From: Nemertoderma westbladi
Taxonomy: Eukaryota > Animalia > Xenacoelomorpha
Length of the DNA: 64,000 bases
Reading direction: 5' to 3'
NCBI GenBank assembly: GCA_032718475.1
Contig: JAUCBJ010007488.1
Span: 62,001-126,000, forward strand
Part shown: piece by piece, positions 59,343 through 64,000 of the stretch
Position numbering within the stretch: the first letter of the stretch is position 1
Layout: each line of letters opens with the position of its first letter
Notes under the pieces: model-generated
The model's input: only the letters and a program-made list of their open reading frames with translations
Database searches by the model: none
Told to the model about the DNA's origin: nothing
Translations under genes and position numbers: made by a program

Positions 59343-62300
59343 TTTATGTTACTCACTTTACCTTGGGTAACTTGCTGCACTCTCGTTCTTTCTTCGGGTT
59401 TTCTTCGGTGCATTCTGTTAGGAGACTGAGGAGGGGTCTTGGCAACCTGTTCTCTCCTATCGTTGTTTCGAGCTTTGTATTTACTTACGTCTTTTGAGGT
59501 TTTGTCAATATAGTAAGATCGATCTGTGTCTTTCCCGCTGTCCTCTTCTTGGGAAGCTTGGCTTTCGCCGTCGTCAGTGAAACACACCGGTGTTACTCTT
59601 CTCCTAGAAGCGGGTTTCTCACTTACCTTATTTTCCGATGTTTTCTCTCTGGACTGCTTGATGAGTTGTAGTTTTACTTCACCATCTAAGAAGGACATGA
59701 GGACAGCCATGGTAGGGCTTCGTCGTTGTTGTTCATTCATGTACAACACTTTCTTGTCCCAGCGTGTACATACTCCACCCTTTGGTAAAGTAGAGACTAC
59801 GGCTCCAATAACCATGGAACTCTGATATTCATGAGACTTACCTAACCAGTCCAATTGTCTACAGATCTCCTGAATTTCATCGGAAAACTCTATAATCCCG
59901 CTACTAAGGAAGTGTCGGGGGGCTACTAATTTTGCATACAAATACTTAGCTATGTTATCCTTGTTACCATACCTGATGTTTAATGTATCCCAAACTTGTC
60001 TTAATCCTTCTGGATGTCCAATAAACTTTAACGCCATTAACTTGGGAGGTCCTTCCAAGCACTTGATGAGGAACCTAAGTTTCTCTCTGTTAGATAGCAC
60101 AGAGTTCTGTATGCTGTCTTTGTAATATTCGTTGAAAGGTAACCATTTCATCTCATCTCCATTGAATTTGACGATCTCTCCCACTTTGACCGCTTGGCGG
60201 GCTTCTGTTCTAGCCATCTGACACGTAAAGCTTTCTTGGGCCATCGTGTTATTTAATATCGAATTATCGGTATATAAATTTCTCAGATCATTATCAGGTC
60301 TATAGGGAATATCATTAACAACAGGTCTATAATCACCCTTAATAGGGTTTGCTATAGGAGTTTCTACTTCACTAGCAGTATAGATGCGTGTAGGCTCCAC
60401 ACCTTGCGCATGTAATACTTCAGACCTAACAGGTTGACACAATTTTACAGGGGGTATGGGTATACCCTTTTGTATGTTGACTAATTTGTCGCGTTCTAGC
60501 GCGATACTTTGCTGCACTTCTTGCAATTCTGCCCTACCTTCCCTTACGGTTCCCTTAAGTTGGTGGACAGTCTCCTGCATCTGTCCGAGCAGGAGATTCA
60601 TCCCCCGTCGTCCCTCCTCTACCCACTCGACCGCCGAAGCGGGAGTCGCCAACATTGTAGCGGGCTGACGCGGGACGACGGGAGACAAATCTTTGATTTC
60701 TCTCTCAGCTTCCAGGACAGGGATATTCTCTTGGACTGTTCTACCGGGCACAGGCAGTGTAGTACTGTGTAAAGGGAACTTAGAGTTAAGCTCTGGAAGT
60801 ACAGGGGTCTCTAGCACAGAAGTGACTTTGGGAACGACAGGCCTAATTATTTCAGGCTCATCAACTATTGTAGGGAGTCTTTTGACCTGAATAATTTGTT
60901 CTGTGGGTTCTGTACTACCTAAGTCTGTGCTAGCTAGTTGTCTTCTAACAGCTGGGGGCAAATCAGGCAATTTTAGACGGTGAGATGTTTTTCTACGCCT
61001 GCTTAGACGAGATCTATTTCCTCCACCTTCAGGATCGGTGGTCTCGCCTTCCTCCGAGGATGTGTATCCTTGGCGTTTGGGAGTAGATCGACTCATCATC
61101 TGCATTCGACTATCCGTTAACTGTCTGTTTATGTGGTCTTGCGTCTCTTGCAGATTTTCTAACTCCATTTGGGTGGCCTTTTCAGACGCTTTCCGTTCTG
61201 CTTCTGCCACTGCCTCCGCTGCTTTTCTTTCCGCTTCGGCCGCTGCTTCTGCCGTCTTTCTATCTGCTTCGGCCTCTGCCATTGCCGCTGCTACTGCTGT
61301 TTTTCTGTCTGCTTCAGCCATTGCTTCTGCCGCCTTTCTATCTGCTTCTGCTGTTGCCATTGCCGCTGTTACTGCTGCTTTTCTGTCTGCTTCAGCCATT
61401 GCTTCTGCCGCCTTTCTATCTGCTTCTGCTGTTGCCATTGCCGCTGTTACTGCTGCTGTCTTTCGGTCCTCTATCCGTTTTTTCTTTACTTGTTCTTCTT
61501 GGACTCTAGTGAGGCGGAGTTTTTCATCAAATTCAGCTTGGTTAGCAGCTAACATTTCAGCATCGATTGAGTCTAACACACGCTGGGTTCCTTCACTATT
61601 AGGGGAAAGTCCAGACAGCCGTCTCCTCTACTCTTCGTCTCCTAGGAATCGCTGATAGTCGGACAGATAAATGTCGATGGCGTCTCTCGTTTGTGGTCTC
61701 TCTGCGGTCTCTTCGCCTTCCACTTGAGAAAGGGTGGCATCGGTTGGTTCTTCATAGGTTAGTCTCTCAGACAGCTGGGATTTCCACTGGTCCGTTTCTT
61801 GTACTTTGAGACCTACCCGCTGGAACCAAGTTTTGACAGCAACCTGCAGCGACGTGTCCTGTCTTCTTTTGGAAGTTTCCTCAAAGGCTGATAGGATTAG
61901 TCTAATACGTAGGGTTCTTTCGCGTACTTGATATAGCAGCCCTTCCTGCTCTTGAGGTCCTTGGGGTTGTCGAAACAGTTGTTCTTCCAATCGCTCCAAG
62001 GAGCCGAAGAATCCCTGCACATATCCTGCTGCCGACCTCTTCCAAACAGCTGGATCCATTGTATCTTTAGTCACTCCCATCCTGTGTATATCTTCCCAAG
62101 TAGCTTCGGACAAATCTAACGGGAGTCCGGGTCCGGGAAAGTTCCATTGTGACTCGACAATAGACATCAATTCTTCCCTGGCGTATCCCGCATAATTATC
62201 TTGGGTCGCTCTCATACTTCTTGCCCAATCGGCTTGATGTTCTTCCACCGCAATCAATATAGTAGTTAGTACTGCGGCAGGAAGGGTGAGAAGGGGGTCC

Positions 62301-62638
62301 GAGTAGGCTGTAACCGCCATCAGCAATCCGCGTTCGGGGGTCAGCTCTACAGTATCCGAACTACTGGAGCTATCTGATTGCTGGGAACAAGTTTCTTGAC
62401 TAGGATGTTGCTGCTGTTGGACAGCTGCTTCCTGGTTCCGTTTGACTTGGGCCCGAGTGCCGATGATAGACCTACGGTGTTGGATTAGCTTAGGGTCTGA
62501 CACTACTACTGGAGGGATGACCTTTCTTTCAGTAGGAGGTGAGCTGAACTCCTTTCTTAATCGCTCCACACTCCTATCTGTGTCACAGATGGTTGTATCG
62601 ATTAGACTGTCTGACAGGTTTTGCTGGGTGTCAGACAT
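59343..62638 (-). pseudogene. BEL/Pao gag, N-terminal and capsid-like part; one in-frame TAG at 61628-61630
   Basis: ORFs 61628..62638 and 59309..61579 share a frame separated only by one TAG. Contains DUF1759-like KFNGDEMKWLPF...EKLRFL..CLEG...LNIRYG and an Ala-rich AEADRK coiled-coil repeat. Confidence 0.88.
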
Positions 62639-64000
62639 GTTTAGCTATACAGTTGAATGCTTACTGCTATAGTCACAGTTAAAGCAAGTCTAGTAATTCA
62701 GTATGACCGTTGGCCTAGTACCGGTAATTTATTGCAGTATATGAGAATACCGGTATACACTTATAGTATATATAAGTATTGTAAACTAGGTTTGTCACAG
62801 AGTACCGGTATATAATTTTAGCACAAATATATATAAATATATAATAAGCCTATCGTGAATACCGGTATGCAGCTTACACTTATAATATATATAAGTATAA
62901 TTATGAACTAGAATTAATCACAGAATACCGGTATGATTTCAGTACAAATTTATAGAAATAAATATAATAAGCCTATGGTAAATACCGGTATGTCAATTTT
63001 TTTTAGAATAATTGAATTTCTGAATATTTTAGGGTTACTTGGTTACTTTAACTTACTTTATTACCGTTATTTAAGCAGTAGTCCAACTGATATTGAGACC
63101 TAGTTGTTGTATGACAGGCCTACTGTTTATAAATCGTTTGAGTTGATTTATAATAGATATATACCCGTTTAAAATGGGTTTTGTCAATATTTGAAATAAA
63201 TGTTATTATTTCTGGGGGTTCACTACACAGAAGCTGTGCGCTCTCAGTGAAGTGCTATTTATTGGACACTAAAACAGATAATTCTAATTTACCTAAGTTA
63301 CTTAATACTACAAATTACTTACGATATGGGTGAGATTAAATCTCTAATTAAACACAACAAAAATATTACGTACGAAATTTTTAGGGTAATTTTACAGGAA
63401 GTCTACAAACCAGCCTAACAAAGGGTTAGAATTCTGGTTATTACAACGGACAGGGTACTACGGTATTTGAAAATAATAAGTAGTAGTAAATATATTGCAC
63501 TGTCCAGATAGGAAAATACCACCGCCTGACGACCTATAACCGTATCGCTATAGGTACTACGTTATGTATCACGGAGTGTTCCTACCTAGAAGTTAATTAC
63601 CGCGGACTACCAGATCCAGCGTGCCTATTAACCACTTTACAACACAAATATCTGCCTACACACTAATTACTTTCGGAAAGCACTGTACACTAAACCCTAA
63701 ATTAGGTACAAGTACTGGTACAACAAATAATCAGTAGTTAAATATACTTGAACAGTTAAAAGAACCACGGCATCTGCTGGAGTGACCGAAGCACAAAGTC
63801 ACCAGTCTTTTCCTACGCCAAGCAGCCCGTGTAGTACCGGGGTTAATTTAACTATAACGGTATGTATAACAAGCACAATTACTGTAGGAATAAACTTGGG
63901 GACATGAATGTTGCGAATAATCGCATAAACTCTGAATAATAAATATTACGCTACCCGTACAGAATACTCAAACAAATACAAACCAAAACGCTGGCAGACT

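Larger units (their letters stand above)
41639..64000 (-). mobile_element. BEL/Pao LTR retrotransposon (5' LTR beyond window end) with a nested insertion and an extra 3' ORF
   Basis: gag with DUF1759-like FNGDEMKWLPF and triple zinc knuckle, pol in PR-RT-RH-IN order, and a 3' LTR at the left end. Confidence 0.9.

Overview
Eukaryotic (animal-like, probably invertebrate), repeat-dense window with no recognisable host gene, rRNA or CRISPR array. From left to right it holds a decayed RTE-type LINE, an apparently intact CR1-group LINE (PHD-finger ORF1, APE-RT ORF2, (TAAA)n tail), a decayed CRE/RLE-type non-LTR element, about ten tandem arrays (two of them inverted, foldback-like), two TTAA-target MITEs, and a large minus-strand BEL/Pao LTR retrotransposon (41639 to beyond the window end). 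The BEL element carries an extra zinc-knuckle ORF in the env position. Nested in its gag is a very young 6853-bp LTR element (539-bp LTRs differing at 1 base, TTTAT TSD) with no pol and no visible capsid motif. It encodes a long disordered protein with BEL-type zinc knuckles, and its 3' UTR is an ordered array of 16 short hairpins in two co-varying families. That element is the most unusual object here. Other highlights are a G_GGA_AAC -1 slippery site joining ORF1 to the AUG-less ORF2 of the CR1 element, and a duplicated stem-conserved module in the BEL 3' region. All calls come from reading motifs by eye; no database searches were run.
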